A DNA stretch of 64,000 nt from Candidatus Gottesmanbacteria bacterium (GCA_016186795.1 JACPKY010000001.1:1357-65356), one strand, 5' to 3'. Positions 26,650 to 37,095 are shown, counted from the stretch's first letter. Notes: generated from the letters alone by a model not told the origin. Made by a program: numbers and translations.

Positions 26650-28454
26650 CCAATAATTTGCGGATATGATACTGGAATAATTCTATCATTTCTTACCTTT
26701 CCCCGTGGTCCCCAATTACCTTCAGCAACTCGGAATGATGTTGTTCCGTAGACTTCTACGACAAATCCTGTATGACCATCAGGGCTTGGTTTAAATCCGG
26801 AAACTTCAGGATCTATGGTCGTATCCCAAACAGCTAAATCTCCAACATTTGGACTAATTACATCTTTTTTAGCAACAAATTTATACCCCGCAAGTTGACC
26901 GCTTGTAAGGTTACGAATATCAACTGCTCGGTCAACTGCCGGAAGTATTTTACCGCTTTCATGAAGAAAAGCAGCGCGGGCAAATCCCACACATTGGATG
27001 TTGTCAAATTCACTTCCCACTCCATCGTGGAATGATTTAAGCTCGGTAAGAACACTATCCGAGTAAGGGGTTGCTACATCAGTATTTAGTCGATCCAAAC
27101 AGGAAATATTGACAACATTCACAATACCATCTGCAATATATGTTTTTCCATCATCATTAGTCACTTGCGCTTTACAATTTTTCTGAATGTCAGAAACAAG
27201 AAGATCAACTGATCCTCCTCCACCACCACCTGTATCACAATCATCCGGATACGTGCCATTGAGCAAACAGAAGTAAACTTTCGGTAGATTGTAGAAAAAC
27301 TGTTCATTTTCAGTACCTTTAAATTGGCACGTTTCATTTGATCCGATATCAACACCAAGAGCAAATTTGCACATAAATTGATCAATTGTCTTCGGGGTCT
27401 GTACATTACCGATAAGTCCAACAAACCGGGAAAGTTGTGCTTCAAATTTCTCCTGTTTTTGCGGGTCATTACAGGTAGTTTTCGGAAGCGAAACAACTCC
27501 TAAATCCCAAATGTCTTTTCCCAACCCGCAAGCATCTGACGCATGGGTCTCTTCAACCCAGATAGCAAGAACAAACAACGGATTCCACATATGGGGTGGA
27601 TCGGAGGAGTCAAACCCGTTTTTATAGGATGCATCAAACACTCTCCTCCATGAGTCTATAAGCGACGTCGGGTAGGTATTTTTGAATGTTGGAACAATCT
27701 GCGATTCCATTCTTCCTAAAACACCAGGAACGAGCTGATCAATTACTGTTGCTTTACTCTCATCTGTCTTATAGTACGGGATACCGACATATGATGTGTC
27801 ACTTGAGGTATCCGGAGGAAGAATTGGTGCTTCGAGAGGACCTCCTCTGATGATATTCCCACGACAAAGTCCTGCCGGAAGTACTGAACACTTTACAACT
27901 TCAAGGCTTCTAGCCATAGATTGATTTTCATCAAATAAACCAAGAACAGACTCGTTGCTAGCATTTGCAACGGTATCTTCCGATTTGATATTAAATGCTT
28001 GATTTTCTCTTACAACTTTCTCCCCGACTCCAAATGGAAAATTCGTATCGGCAAATTGTTGCGCTTCCTCTGATCCAATACCTATGAGTTGTTCAAGATT
28101 TTTTAAGATCTCGGCAAAGAAAGAAGGCAAATCTGTCGTCACGGCTTTTCCTTCAAGAATTGGGTTTTGCACACCCCGATTGATCGTATAACCACCAGCT
28201 GCCCCACCAACGGCTTGACTATCAGATTCTTGATTTTCAGATTGAATCGTCTCGCCTCCACTTGTCGTTGTGTTGGAAGATGCTTGCGGATTTTTCACCT
28301 CATCTCCAGCTTGTCCTGGGAGTCTCGTTTTGTAAATTCTTTCAAGTTCACGGCTTCGAGTACCAAGAATGTCGGAAAAATCAAGAGCAGAAACAGACGG
28401 GGGAAAGACTGCCAAGAGAAGAATCGCTATGCAGAGAAAGATGGGCAGGCGCAT
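26628..28454 (-). CDS. Secreted protein with C-terminal CHAP (Cys/His amidohydrolase-peptidase) domain
   Basis: Signal peptide. The C-terminus carries the CHAP catalytic pattern CVGFAR...GDLAVW...GHTGFVV...EGNW. Confidence 0.7.
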   Translation of the reverse strand: MRLPIFLCIAILLLAVFPPSVSALDFSDILGTRSRELERIYKTRLPGQAGDEVKNPQASSNTTTSGGETIQSENQESDSQAVGGAAGGYTINRGVQNPILEGKAVTTDLPSFFAEILKNLEQLIGIGSEEAQQFADTNFPFGVGEKVVRENQAFNIKSEDTVANASNESVLGLFDENQSMARSLEVVKCSVLPAGLCRGNIIRGGPLEAPILPPDTSSDTSYVGIPYYKTDESKATVIDQLVPGVLGRMESQIVPTFKNTYPTSLIDSWRRVFDASYKNGFDSSDPPHMWNPLFVLAIWVEETHASDACGLGKDIWDLGVVSLPKTTCNDPQKQEKFEAQLSRFVGLIGNVQTPKTIDQFMCKFALGVDIGSNETCQFKGTENEQFFYNLPKVYFCLLNGTYPDDCDTGGGGGGSVDLLVSDIQKNCKAQVTNDDGKTYIADGIVNVVNISCLDRLNTDVATPYSDSVLTELKSFHDGVGSEFDNIQCVGFARAAFLHESGKILPAVDRAVDIRNLTSGQLAGYKFVAKKDVISPNVGDLAVWDTTIDPEVSGFKPSPDGHTGFVVEVYGTTSFRVAEGNWGPRGKVRNDRIIPVSYPQIIGWLQKSS

Positions 28455-28472
28455 GAGTTAAGTATAACAAAT

Positions 28473-30575
28473 TCATTTTATGTCTTCTTTCTTCCATGAA
28501 GCATAGGTACATGTTGGGTAGTTGGAACATCCATAGAATTGTTTGCCTCGACGAGTTCTCTTTAAAACAATCTCTCCTCCACATTTCGGACATGCAATAC
28601 CTACCCTTTCGACAATGTTTTTGGTATATTTGCAACTGGGAAACGTACTGCATGCCAGGAACTTCCCGAATTTCGAGAGTCTAATAACGAGCGGATTTCC
28701 ACACTCTGGACACTTCTCATCTGTCGTACCTAAATCAACTTTTACTCTTGGAGCTTCCTTAAAGACTGTTTCAAGTTTCTTATGAAAAGGCCCGAAGAAT
28801 TGTCCGACAACATAATTCCACTCCTTCGTCCCGTTTGCGATATTATCCAAATCTTCTTCCATTTCTGACGTAAATCCAACATCAAAAATATCAGGGAAGT
28901 TAGTTACCAGAAAATCGGTTACACTCCTGCCAAGGTCTGTCGGATGAAATCTCTTCTCAATTTTCTCTACATACTTACGATCCTGGACCGTTGATATAAT
29001 TGGAGCGTACGTAGATGGCCTCCCTATTCCTTTTTCCTCAAGTGCTTTGATAAGCGATGCTTCATTAAATCGCGGAGGGGGTTGGGTAAATTTCTGTTGC
29101 GGAAGAATTTTTTCATATTGTAAATTCTCCCCAACTGTAAGCGGTGGTAATATTTTTTTATCTTCACCATTTGTTTCACTTTCCCTTACTTCCGTTTCTT
29201 TCCTCTCACCATCTACTTTGTATAATGATAACCAACCGGCAAACGTCATAACCTCTCCAGTTGCCCTCAACAGTGCTTCTTTTGAAGCCTTTCCAATCGC
29301 TTTTATTACAACTGCTGTCTGATCGAAAAGCGCTTCTCTCATTTGACAGGCAACGAATCGCTTCCAGATAAGACCGTAGAGGAGTTCCCCCTCCCGTCCT
29401 ATGGATGCTGGCACCGTCTCAATCTTCCCGATATTTTGTCCACCCAATTCTATTTTTTTCATGTCTGTTGGGTTTAATCGCCAAACGTGAGTTGGTCGAA
29501 TTGACTCGTGTGCCTCTTGAGCAACTTTTGATTTTGTTTTGTACAGTATTTGAGCATCGGGTAAATAGTGCGGGTACATGTTTTTAATAAACTCGCGTAC
29601 AGATGAGATTGCCTCCGCACTTATATTTGTCGAATCGGTTCGGTGATACGTAATAAGTCCTTGCTCGTAGAGAGACTGTGCCGCGTTCATTGTTTTTTTT
29701 GCACTCCAACCAAAACGATTTGCGGCAGTTTGTTGGAGAGTTGAAGTTATAAAGGGAGGAGAGGGAAAACGGCGTAATTCTTTTTTATCAACAGAATCGA
29801 CGGTATATGCTGCAGTTTTCAAAACTTCAATAATTCCATTTGCCTCATCCTGCGTATGAATCTCATATGATTTTCCATTCAGCTGAAAAAAACGGGCGAT
29901 GAAATTTTCTTCTTTTCCCACTTTTTCCAGTTGCACATCAATAACCCAATACTCAACTGGCTTAAATGCTTCAATCTCTCTTTCCCGATCGACAATTAAA
30001 CGAACAGCAACGGATTGGACGCGACCGGCAGAAAGCCAGCGTTTACCCAGTTTATTCCAAAGAAGTGGTGAGAGTTTATATCCAACAAGACGATCTAAGA
30101 CTCGTCTTGCTTGTTGGGCATCAACCAAATGCATATCAATACCACGAGGATTTTGCAATGCGTGATCAATTGCAGATTTTGTTATCTCATGAAATACGAT
30201 TCGTTGAAAGCGTCCATTTGATGAGCCAGCTGGCGGATGATTTTTGACTTCGTCTCTACGAAGCAGAGACGCCACGTGCCACGCAATCGCTTCTCCTTCA
30301 CGATCCGGATCTGTAGCAAGAATTATTTGTTCTGACTTTCCTGCAATATCTTTCAGTTCTTTAATCTTCACTTTCCTATTTGCAATCGGTTGGTACTGAG
30401 GAACAAATTCATATACATCCTTATCTTGAATTTTCTTATCCTGAATATGCACTCCTAATTTCTTAATCGGCAAATCGCGTATATGACCCATGGTTGCCTC
30501 AATTCGATAGCCTTTTCCTAAGAATCGAGACAATGTTTGCGCTTTGGTTGGTGATTCGACGATGATTAAATTCAT
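28473..30575 (-). CDS. topA: DNA topoisomerase I, carrying an in-frame palindromic insertion
   Basis: MNLIIVESPTKAQTL...GHIRDLP Toprim start, the DxDREGE motif (TDPDREGEAIAWHV), and C-terminal C4 zinc ribbons (CPECG...C..C; CPKCG...C..C). The inserted segment is KNHPPAGSS. Confidence 0.9.
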   Translation of the reverse strand: MNLIIVESPTKAQTLSRFLGKGYRIEATMGHIRDLPIKKLGVHIQDKKIQDKDVYEFVPQYQPIANRKVKIKELKDIAGKSEQIILATDPDREGEAIAWHVASLLRRDEVKNHPPAGSSNGRFQRIVFHEITKSAIDHALQNPRGIDMHLVDAQQARRVLDRLVGYKLSPLLWNKLGKRWLSAGRVQSVAVRLIVDREREIEAFKPVEYWVIDVQLEKVGKEENFIARFFQLNGKSYEIHTQDEANGIIEVLKTAAYTVDSVDKKELRRFPSPPFITSTLQQTAANRFGWSAKKTMNAAQSLYEQGLITYHRTDSTNISAEAISSVREFIKNMYPHYLPDAQILYKTKSKVAQEAHESIRPTHVWRLNPTDMKKIELGGQNIGKIETVPASIGREGELLYGLIWKRFVACQMREALFDQTAVVIKAIGKASKEALLRATGEVMTFAGWLSLYKVDGERKETEVRESETNGEDKKILPPLTVGENLQYEKILPQQKFTQPPPRFNEASLIKALEEKGIGRPSTYAPIISTVQDRKYVEKIEKRFHPTDLGRSVTDFLVTNFPDIFDVGFTSEMEEDLDNIANGTKEWNYVVGQFFGPFHKKLETVFKEAPRVKVDLGTTDEKCPECGNPLVIRLSKFGKFLACSTFPSCKYTKNIVERVGIACPKCGGEIVLKRTRRGKQFYGCSNYPTCTYASWKKEDIK
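30217..30247. repeat. Palindromic element copy 2 (TTTGATGAGCCAGCTGGCGGATGATTTTTGA), in-frame within topA
   Basis: A 23-nt block identical to copy 1 plus a shared TTTGAT flank. Confidence 0.8.
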
Positions 30576-30612
30576 TTAATTGATAACAAACCATTTTATA
30601 CTCCCTGTCAAG

Positions 30613-30658
30613 TGGCTCTCATCACATGAGAGCCATCCCGAGCCCGCCAGCTGGCGGG
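30613..30658. promoter_or_regulatory. Two adjacent palindromes in the topA / divergent-gene intergenic region: TGGCTCTCAT-CAC-ATGAGAGCCA and CCCGCCAGCTGGCGGG (element copy 3)
   Basis: Perfect inverted repeats read directly from the sequence. The second has the same CCGCCAGCTGGCGG core as the intragenic copies. Confidence 0.6.
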
Positions 30659-30717
30659 TCGAGGGATGATACAATATTAATTTCTCCCTTGACATTTTTT
30701 TTGCATAAACTATTCTT

Positions 30718-31872
30718 ATGCTATGCAAAAATTTTTGCTTCAAAAGAAAGCAAAAATACATAAATATTTCTACCATGCCTGTCCAGAATATTTCTAACGT
30801 ACTCCATACAAATATTTCAGCGACACCCTACCCGCAAGCACTACTTGCAGCACCTCCATGGAGTAGTTTTTTGAGACACAACGGCTACCAGGAACTTTCC
30901 AAAGAATTGAACCTTCGAATACTTCAGGATCTTGATACGATCGAGGCGCTTTGGGAGGAATTCTCTCCGAACCGTTCAGTGTTTGATACATGGGATGTAC
31001 GGAAATCTTTTTCTGATGCGTATAGGTTTCGTCCAAAAGCAATCACCATTGAAAAAAAACAAGGGAAAAAAAGGGAAACGGTTGGTGTCTTACCCCTTTG
31101 GTTTAATAGCGATGAAAATCCGGTTGGTGAGTCGAAATACTGTGATTGCAAAAAATTTGTCTGGTTCGGAAGTAATTGGCCTGAGGATAATGTTTTCCAT
31201 GTCAGAGACCCAGAACTTATACCTCTCCTTCTTATTGCTTCTCCAAAACCACTCGAACTTGCTTGTATCCGCTATGACCCAGATTATACGTTCCTTCAGG
31301 AATTTCCAGGGTTTTCAGATGAAGAAGAGAAGAAGTATTTTCTTGATCTTTCGTTTGTTTCCTCACTTGATGATTTTTTGACTCATTTGAAAAAGAAGAA
31401 GCGGTACAATCTACGGCGTGATAAGAAAAAAATTCTTTCCCTAAATCCCACAATTACAATCAATACACATTCTCACCTTAATGATCTTTTTTCCCTTAAT
31501 ATGAAGCGATTCAGAGAACTTTTCCCGGGAGATCCCGATGAATACTCTTCGTTTGAAGATGTCAGGCGGCAAAATGTATTTCGTAATCTTATCGCAAATG
31601 CAAGAAGTTATCAGTATCGGATCATTTCAACAGTTATCGAAGGACGCGTGTGTGCCGTTGAATTCGGACTTGTCCATCACAAAACGTACTATGCCTTCAA
31701 TGCTGGTGTTGATATCGGACACTACTCAGGTCTCGGAGTCTTTTCCAATTTGCTTGTTATTGAAGATGCATTAAATCTCGGATGTACAAAAATTGATTTT
31801 CTTGAAGGTGACAATCACTGGAAAGAATCCTGGCATTTAGATTCTGTAAGCCAATATCAGTTTATCAGGTAA
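30718..31872 (+). CDS. Hypothetical protein, possibly GNAT-fold (BioF2/CelD/FemAB-like) acyltransferase
   Basis: 384-aa ORF. The C-terminal half (YYAFNAGVD...DFLEGDNHWKESW) weakly resembles Acetyltransf_6-type proteins. The start may lie at an internal Met. Confidence 0.35.
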   Translation: MLCKNFCFKRKQKYINISTMPVQNISNVLHTNISATPYPQALLAAPPWSSFLRHNGYQELSKELNLRILQDLDTIEALWEEFSPNRSVFDTWDVRKSFSDAYRFRPKAITIEKKQGKKRETVGVLPLWFNSDENPVGESKYCDCKKFVWFGSNWPEDNVFHVRDPELIPLLLIASPKPLELACIRYDPDYTFLQEFPGFSDEEEKKYFLDLSFVSSLDDFLTHLKKKKRYNLRRDKKKILSLNPTITINTHSHLNDLFSLNMKRFRELFPGDPDEYSSFEDVRRQNVFRNLIANARSYQYRIISTVIEGRVCAVEFGLVHHKTYYAFNAGVDIGHYSGLGVFSNLLVIEDALNLGCTKIDFLEGDNHWKESWHLDSVSQYQFIR

Positions 31873-32950
31873 GTTGATATACCCCGTTTTCATTTTTCAC
31901 CGCTCCATTTAGCTCCATACGCGTAAGCACCTCTGCGATTTTACTTGCTGGTATGCCCATTCTTTGAACCAATGTGTCAAAAAGAAGTTGTTCGTAGCTT
32001 AGAAGTTCGAGAATTTTTTGCTCAACTGCATCTTCTGAACCTTTCTTTCCCATCACTTGAGGGTGAAACGAAATTCTTAACTGCGTCAAAATATCTTCGG
32101 CGGAGGTTGTAACGTACGCACCATCTTTCATAAGTTTTAAGGGGCCTTGGGAATTAATTGTGTTAATTGGCCCAGGGACTGCAAATACTTCTCTCCCTTG
32201 TTCGGCAGCAAATCCTGCAGTAATGAGTGATCCGCTATTTTCGGCTCCTTCTGTTACCACCACTGCCAGTGATAATCCACTTATAATTCTGTTTCGTGCA
32301 GGAAATGTTCCTTTCTCCGCATACCTGCCGGGTGGATATTCACTTACAACAACGCCAGATTCTTTCACGATACGCCAATAGAGCGTTGTATTGGTGACAG
32401 GATGAATAATATCAACACCGCATCCCAACACAGCAATCGTCCAACCACTATTTTCAATTGCTGTCTTATGAGCAACTGTATCGATCCCATACGCAAGTCC
32501 AGAGACGATCGTGCAGCCATTTTGTGAAAGTCCTTGGGTAATTTTTTCTGTCACAGTTTGTCCATAAGTGGACATTTTTCTCGTACCAACAACTGCGATA
32601 CAGACCCTCATCTCGGTAAGTCTTTGTACATCTCCACGGATATAAAGAATAATTGGCGGATCATGAATTTCTTTCAAAAGCTTGGGGTAGAGTTTATCGT
32701 GAATAGTCAGTGTCGTAATGTCTTTTTTGATAAGTTCGGATTGATAATCTTTCGGGGAAAAGTTTCTACGAAATTCCACGAACTGATCAACTAATTTTTT
32801 GCTCAAACCGACAGATAGAAATGTGTCTTTATCTCCATTCCATGCCTTTTCTGCCGACCCAAAGTAGTCCAATAGAAGTTTAAACCGGTGCGGGCCGATT
32901 CCAGGGAAAGCAGAAAATCCAAGAAAATACTTTTTTTCGCTTTCCTCCAT
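31865..32950 (-). CDS. dprA: DNA processing protein A (DprA/Smf)
   Basis: Conserved Rossmann-like DprA core (AVVGTRKMSTYG, IVSGLAYGIDTVAHK, GTFPARNRIISGLS) and C-terminal winged-helix tail. Confidence 0.85.
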   Translation of the reverse strand: MEESEKKYFLGFSAFPGIGPHRFKLLLDYFGSAEKAWNGDKDTFLSVGLSKKLVDQFVEFRRNFSPKDYQSELIKKDITTLTIHDKLYPKLLKEIHDPPIILYIRGDVQRLTEMRVCIAVVGTRKMSTYGQTVTEKITQGLSQNGCTIVSGLAYGIDTVAHKTAIENSGWTIAVLGCGVDIIHPVTNTTLYWRIVKESGVVVSEYPPGRYAEKGTFPARNRIISGLSLAVVVTEGAENSGSLITAGFAAEQGREVFAVPGPINTINSQGPLKLMKDGAYVTTSAEDILTQLRISFHPQVMGKKGSEDAVEQKILELLSYEQLLFDTLVQRMGIPASKIAEVLTRMELNGAVKNENGVYQLT

Positions 32951-33003
32951 AGCAAATTCTTAAGAAATTTTGCTGAACACAAATTGTATCCATTTATCGG
33001 TCA

Positions 33004-34737
33004 TTATCTCTCTCCAAACCATTTTTCTAAAATTCTTTTCGCAATTGGGGCTGCAACGTTACTACCTTCTCCACCTGCCTCAACCAACACTGTTACGCTA
33101 ATTTCAGGATCGGAAACGGGTGCAAAGACCGTAAACCAGGCATGAGTCCTACCTTTCGGATCACCAAATTCAGATGTACCGGTTTTACATGCGGTTGGTA
33201 TTTCAAAAACTGGTTTCCCAGAGGTAGTTGATTCGTACGTCTCCAAAAAATTAACTCCGTCAATTTTTAACTTTTCACTTTGCACTTTAAACTTAAACAG
33301 TGGCCATCCAGTTCCTCCAGGACTGCAGGCTTGTTTCATGCCTTCCCGAATAAGAGCAAGTACTTTCGGACTAATACCAAGATCTTGACAGCTACCTTTA
33401 TCCGTTTTCACAGTATGCGGTCGGCATAGCTTTCCGGAACTTGCAACAATATTTGTCCACGTGTTTACCTGAAGGGGGGTAGCCAAAATATCACCTTGAC
33501 CGATCGCTACATGGTAAGTATTACCAAGATACCATGGTTGCCCACGCTCCTTTTGTACCCAGGAAGGATCAGGCATTAGTCCCACTTCCTCACCATCAAT
33601 ATCAATCCCCAGACGGCTTCCCATTGCCATTTTTTTGGCAAAGTCTGCAAGTTTTTCTATTCCGAGTTCCTCTCCAACTTTGTAAAAGAATATATCATTG
33701 GACCGTCTTATTGCTTTGACAATATCGACCATTCCTTCCGTTTTTCCATATTGGTTAAAGTACCAGTTACCAAAAGAAAATTCTCCAACTTTTAAGACTC
33801 CGGTGTCTTCGATTTTCGTATTCTCATCAACTACCCCATACGTCAAGGCGGCTAAAGCCGTAATTATCTTAAAGGTTGAACCAGGAGGATATTGTCCAGA
33901 AATCGCTCGGTTAAAAAGAGGAGTTTTGGGGTTTTGAAAAATCGCATCAAGTTGATTTCCACTTATGAAAGCGTTTGGATCATATGCCGGCGATGAAAAT
34001 AAAAGAAGTACTTCACCGCTTTTTGGATTTGTGGCAATAACAGCGCCTGTTTTCCCTTCAAGAGTTTCAGCTGCTATTTTTTGCAGTCGACTGTCGATAC
34101 TTAATACGAGAGGTTTCCCTGGTATTGGATCGATTTTTCCTAAGGTTCTTATTTCATCCCCCAAAGCATCAACTTCAATAAGCTCTTTTCCAGATCGACC
34201 TTGCAGAAGTTCATCTTGCGATTTCTCGACGCCTCCCTTCCCCACGATATCACCAAGTCTTCGGATATTTCCTTTTTCGGCTTCTAACTCCTCCTTTGTA
34301 ATCTCGCCTGTATATCCGAGAACGTGGGAGGTAACTTCTCCAAACGGGTAATAACGGGTAACGCTTGTTCTAACTATCGAAGATGCTGTAGCTGGTTTTG
34401 TTTCAAAGAAATGTTCTCCGGATGAGGTGATAAACTCTGGAATATTTCGAACTAAGGGGATATTGTTCCTATCATAGATGATTCCGCGTGGGGCCGTAAT
34501 TTTCACTTCCCGAATACGATTTCCTTCACTTAAACCTCGAAACTTATGTCCCTCAAGAAGGGTCAAAAATATCAAACGGAAAAAAAGAATAAGAAAAAAA
34601 ATGGCAACACATACTGTGAGAATAATAAACCTATGAGAAAACTGCCATGACTGACTATCGAAATAGTGTCTTGATGATTTTCGTGTGGATGTTGACGCGA
34701 TTCCTTCAGAGAACACTGTTCCAAGAAAATTCTGCAT
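33004..34737 (-). CDS. mrdA: Penicillin-binding protein 2 (class B transpeptidase)
   Basis: N-terminal TM anchor, SXXK motif (GSTFKI), SXN and KTG(T) motifs. It sits directly downstream of mreBCD. Confidence 0.85.
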   Translation of the reverse strand: MQNFLGTVFSEGIASTSTRKSSRHYFDSQSWQFSHRFIILTVCVAIFFLILFFRLIFLTLLEGHKFRGLSEGNRIREVKITAPRGIIYDRNNIPLVRNIPEFITSSGEHFFETKPATASSIVRTSVTRYYPFGEVTSHVLGYTGEITKEELEAEKGNIRRLGDIVGKGGVEKSQDELLQGRSGKELIEVDALGDEIRTLGKIDPIPGKPLVLSIDSRLQKIAAETLEGKTGAVIATNPKSGEVLLLFSSPAYDPNAFISGNQLDAIFQNPKTPLFNRAISGQYPPGSTFKIITALAALTYGVVDENTKIEDTGVLKVGEFSFGNWYFNQYGKTEGMVDIVKAIRRSNDIFFYKVGEELGIEKLADFAKKMAMGSRLGIDIDGEEVGLMPDPSWVQKERGQPWYLGNTYHVAIGQGDILATPLQVNTWTNIVASSGKLCRPHTVKTDKGSCQDLGISPKVLALIREGMKQACSPGGTGWPLFKFKVQSEKLKIDGVNFLETYESTTSGKPVFEIPTACKTGTSEFGDPKGRTHAWFTVFAPVSDPEISVTVLVEAGGEGSNVAAPIAKRILEKWFGER

Positions 34738-34746
34738 TGTCCGTTT

Positions 34747-35172
34747 TTATAGTGAGAGTCGTCTCTCTCTCCCGAATCGTTTTAATACGTACTTGAGCGT
34801 GAAAAGAAACACACTACCAATCACGATAACTTCAATAAAGTAAAGAACATGCAAAGATTTATAGAAGAGAAAACTGTAAAAAACCGTCGCTCCAAAAAGA
34901 TAAAGAAGTTGGAAGAATTTATTTTGAAATTGTACTTTCTTGCTATATCTGGTGAGAAGAAAAAGAGTAGCGAGAAAATAAATACTCGACACTCCAATAT
35001 ATCTCATGGAAAAAAAGTCAAGGAGTAGGCCTCCCAAAAGCGCAATGAGCGCCGTCTCCTCGATACCCGAAACTGCAAAAATAAGAATAGTTACCAGCGT
35101 CAAAGGAAAAGGAAAAAGTGTCGCCTCAAGAAGAATACTCATACCGATAACGAATAGAAGAAAAAGTTTCAT
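34747..35172 (-). CDS. mreD: Rod shape-determining protein MreD-like (small polytopic membrane protein)
   Basis: 141-aa multi-TM protein immediately after mreC, overlapping it by 4 nt. Confidence 0.55.
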   Translation of the reverse strand: MKLFLLFVIGMSILLEATLFPFPLTLVTILIFAVSGIEETALIALLGGLLLDFFSMRYIGVSSIYFLATLFLLTRYSKKVQFQNKFFQLLYLFGATVFYSFLFYKSLHVLYFIEVIVIGSVFLFTLKYVLKRFGRERRLSL

Positions 35173-35930
35173 TGCGTCAAAATGACAAATACCGTTACTT
35201 CCCGCTTATAGTCCAGCGTAGGAATAATTGCTGCCTGTTTATAGACGGAAGAATCATCTGCATTGATATGTGCCGTTTTCCCGATAAGGAGATTTGGAGG
35301 AAAACCCTCTTCCCCACTTGTTATAACGGTGTCATCCTGAAACAATGGATCCTTTTGCAAAACAGTATTCAATGATAGTGTTCCTGATGCTCCTCCGACA
35401 ATCCCTCGAGTCTCACGGGATGTTTTGGCAGGAATTGCCGATTCAATATCTGTTGGGAGAAGAATCAAACTTCGATGCGTTTCAACCTGCAAAACTTTTC
35501 CAATCAAGACATTCCCATCAACAACCGTCATACCAACTTTTATACCACTTTCTAATCCTTTATCAATCTCCATATACCGTGAAATAGATACTACCGTTGC
35601 CGGAACAAATGAATAAGAAGGAGAAAGCGGTGCTTCAAGTTGCCTGCGAAGCGACTCGTTTTCGGCAATTACTTGCCGCATTCTCTCAGATAAATCAACT
35701 GTGTCACTTTTCAGTCGATCTCGCTCTTTTATCACCTCGGAAATCTGTGAGTAGGAAAAAATGAGCGTTCCAAAATTACCAAGGGAGTGTGAGACGGAAA
35801 ATACAGCGCGCTTCGTTATCTGTGGAATGAATGCAAGAGGATCTTTTACAAAGACCAATATCCCAAAAAAATCCAAGGCAAAAATAAAAAGTGCAATACC
35901 AATATAGAAGTGGATACGTGTTGCGTGCAT
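35169..35930 (-). CDS. mreC: Rod shape-determining protein MreC
   Basis: N-terminal TM, coiled coil (AENESLRRQLE), and C-terminal beta domain. Positioned between mreB and mreD. Confidence 0.75.
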   Translation of the reverse strand: MHATRIHFYIGIALFIFALDFFGILVFVKDPLAFIPQITKRAVFSVSHSLGNFGTLIFSYSQISEVIKERDRLKSDTVDLSERMRQVIAENESLRRQLEAPLSPSYSFVPATVVSISRYMEIDKGLESGIKVGMTVVDGNVLIGKVLQVETHRSLILLPTDIESAIPAKTSRETRGIVGGASGTLSLNTVLQKDPLFQDDTVITSGEEGFPPNLLIGKTAHINADDSSVYKQAAIIPTLDYKREVTVFVILTQ

Positions 35931-35936
35931 GGGAAT

Positions 35937-36992
35937 TTATTTTATCAACCCTCCTGTTACTCTCACTTTTTCCAACAGTTTATCATTTTCCAATACCAAA
36001 GCTGCCCCCCGAACGACACACGTGAGTGGATCATCGACAACCCACACCGGCATTCTCGTTGCCTCAGCAATCACTTTATCGATTCCCAAAAGTTGTGCTC
36101 CACCCCCAGAGAGTGCTATTCCCTGTTCTAATACATCACCGATAAGCTCAGGGGGAATCTCCTCAACAGTCTCATTAATTTTTTCTATGATTTGATTTAC
36201 AACAGGTGCAATTGCTTCTCGAACCTCACTTGAACTTAATTTCACTGATTTTGGGAGTCCGCTTTCCAGATCTCGACCGCGAACAACTGCATATTTTTCC
36301 TCTCTTGGCGAGAACGAAATACTCCCAATGGTCATCTTGACGTTTTCGGCTGAAGCAACTCCCAAAAGAAGTGAGTGTTTGAGTCGAACAAAGGATATGA
36401 TTGCTTCATCCATCTCATCTCCGGCAATCCGAAGAGATTTATTCAGAACAATTCCGCCGAGTGAAATGACGGCAATTTCTGTTGTCCCACCTCCAAAATC
36501 AATAACCATGTTGCCTTTCGCTTCATCGATTGGCAGCTTCGCGCCAAGGGCTGCAGCCATAGGCTCCTCAATCAAAAATGCTGCACGGGCGCCAGCGGAA
36601 AGAGCAGCGTCTTGGACGGCTCTTCTCTCTACCTCGGTCACACCCGATGGAATTCCAACAACCACTTTTGGACGAGGAATTGTGGGAACAATAAATTGTT
36701 TATCCTCATGGACGAGTGAAATATAATGTGCAAGCATAGCAAGTGTTCCGTCAAAATCGGCAATGACACCGTCTTTGAGTGGTCTGAAAGCCTCAATTTG
36801 TGAAGGAGTCTTCCCTACCATTCTTTTCGCCTCACTCCCAATAGCTAAAATCTTTTTGGTTTTTTTGTGACGAGCTACCACTGATGGTTCTCGAATGGCA
36901 ATTCCCTTCCCGGAAACATAGACGAGCGTATTTGCAGTACCAAGATCTATAGCTAAATCATGGCTGAAAAGTCCAAAAAAGAAGTCGAGCAT
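35937..36992 (-). CDS. mreB: Rod shape-determining protein MreB (actin homologue); start probably at the internal MLDFFFG... Met
   Basis: LAIDLGTANTLVYV phosphate-1 motif, plus DFGGGTTEIAV and LSGGGAQL motifs. Confidence 0.9.
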   Translation of the reverse strand: MLDFFFGLFSHDLAIDLGTANTLVYVSGKGIAIREPSVVARHKKTKKILAIGSEAKRMVGKTPSQIEAFRPLKDGVIADFDGTLAMLAHYISLVHEDKQFIVPTIPRPKVVVGIPSGVTEVERRAVQDAALSAGARAAFLIEEPMAAALGAKLPIDEAKGNMVIDFGGGTTEIAVISLGGIVLNKSLRIAGDEMDEAIISFVRLKHSLLLGVASAENVKMTIGSISFSPREEKYAVVRGRDLESGLPKSVKLSSSEVREAIAPVVNQIIEKINETVEEIPPELIGDVLEQGIALSGGGAQLLGIDKVIAEATRMPVWVVDDPLTCVVRGAALVLENDKLLEKVRVTGGLIK

Positions 36993-37095
36993 AAACGAAC
37001 CTATTGTAACAGAGACAAATTTCCTTCGAAAGAGAGAATTCTCACTCTTCACTTGTCATTCCTACTTTGCTACACTACAAACCTGTCAAGTAGTA

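Noticed and set aside
30576-30776. 66-aa minus-strand ORF ending exactly one nucleotide before the topA start codon (TAA-ATG)
   Set aside because: It is tempting as a translationally coupled leader ORF. However, it spans the AT-rich divergent promoter region and the two palindromes and has no RBS. Its only remarkable peptide segment is the translated palindrome. It is not supportable without conservation data.
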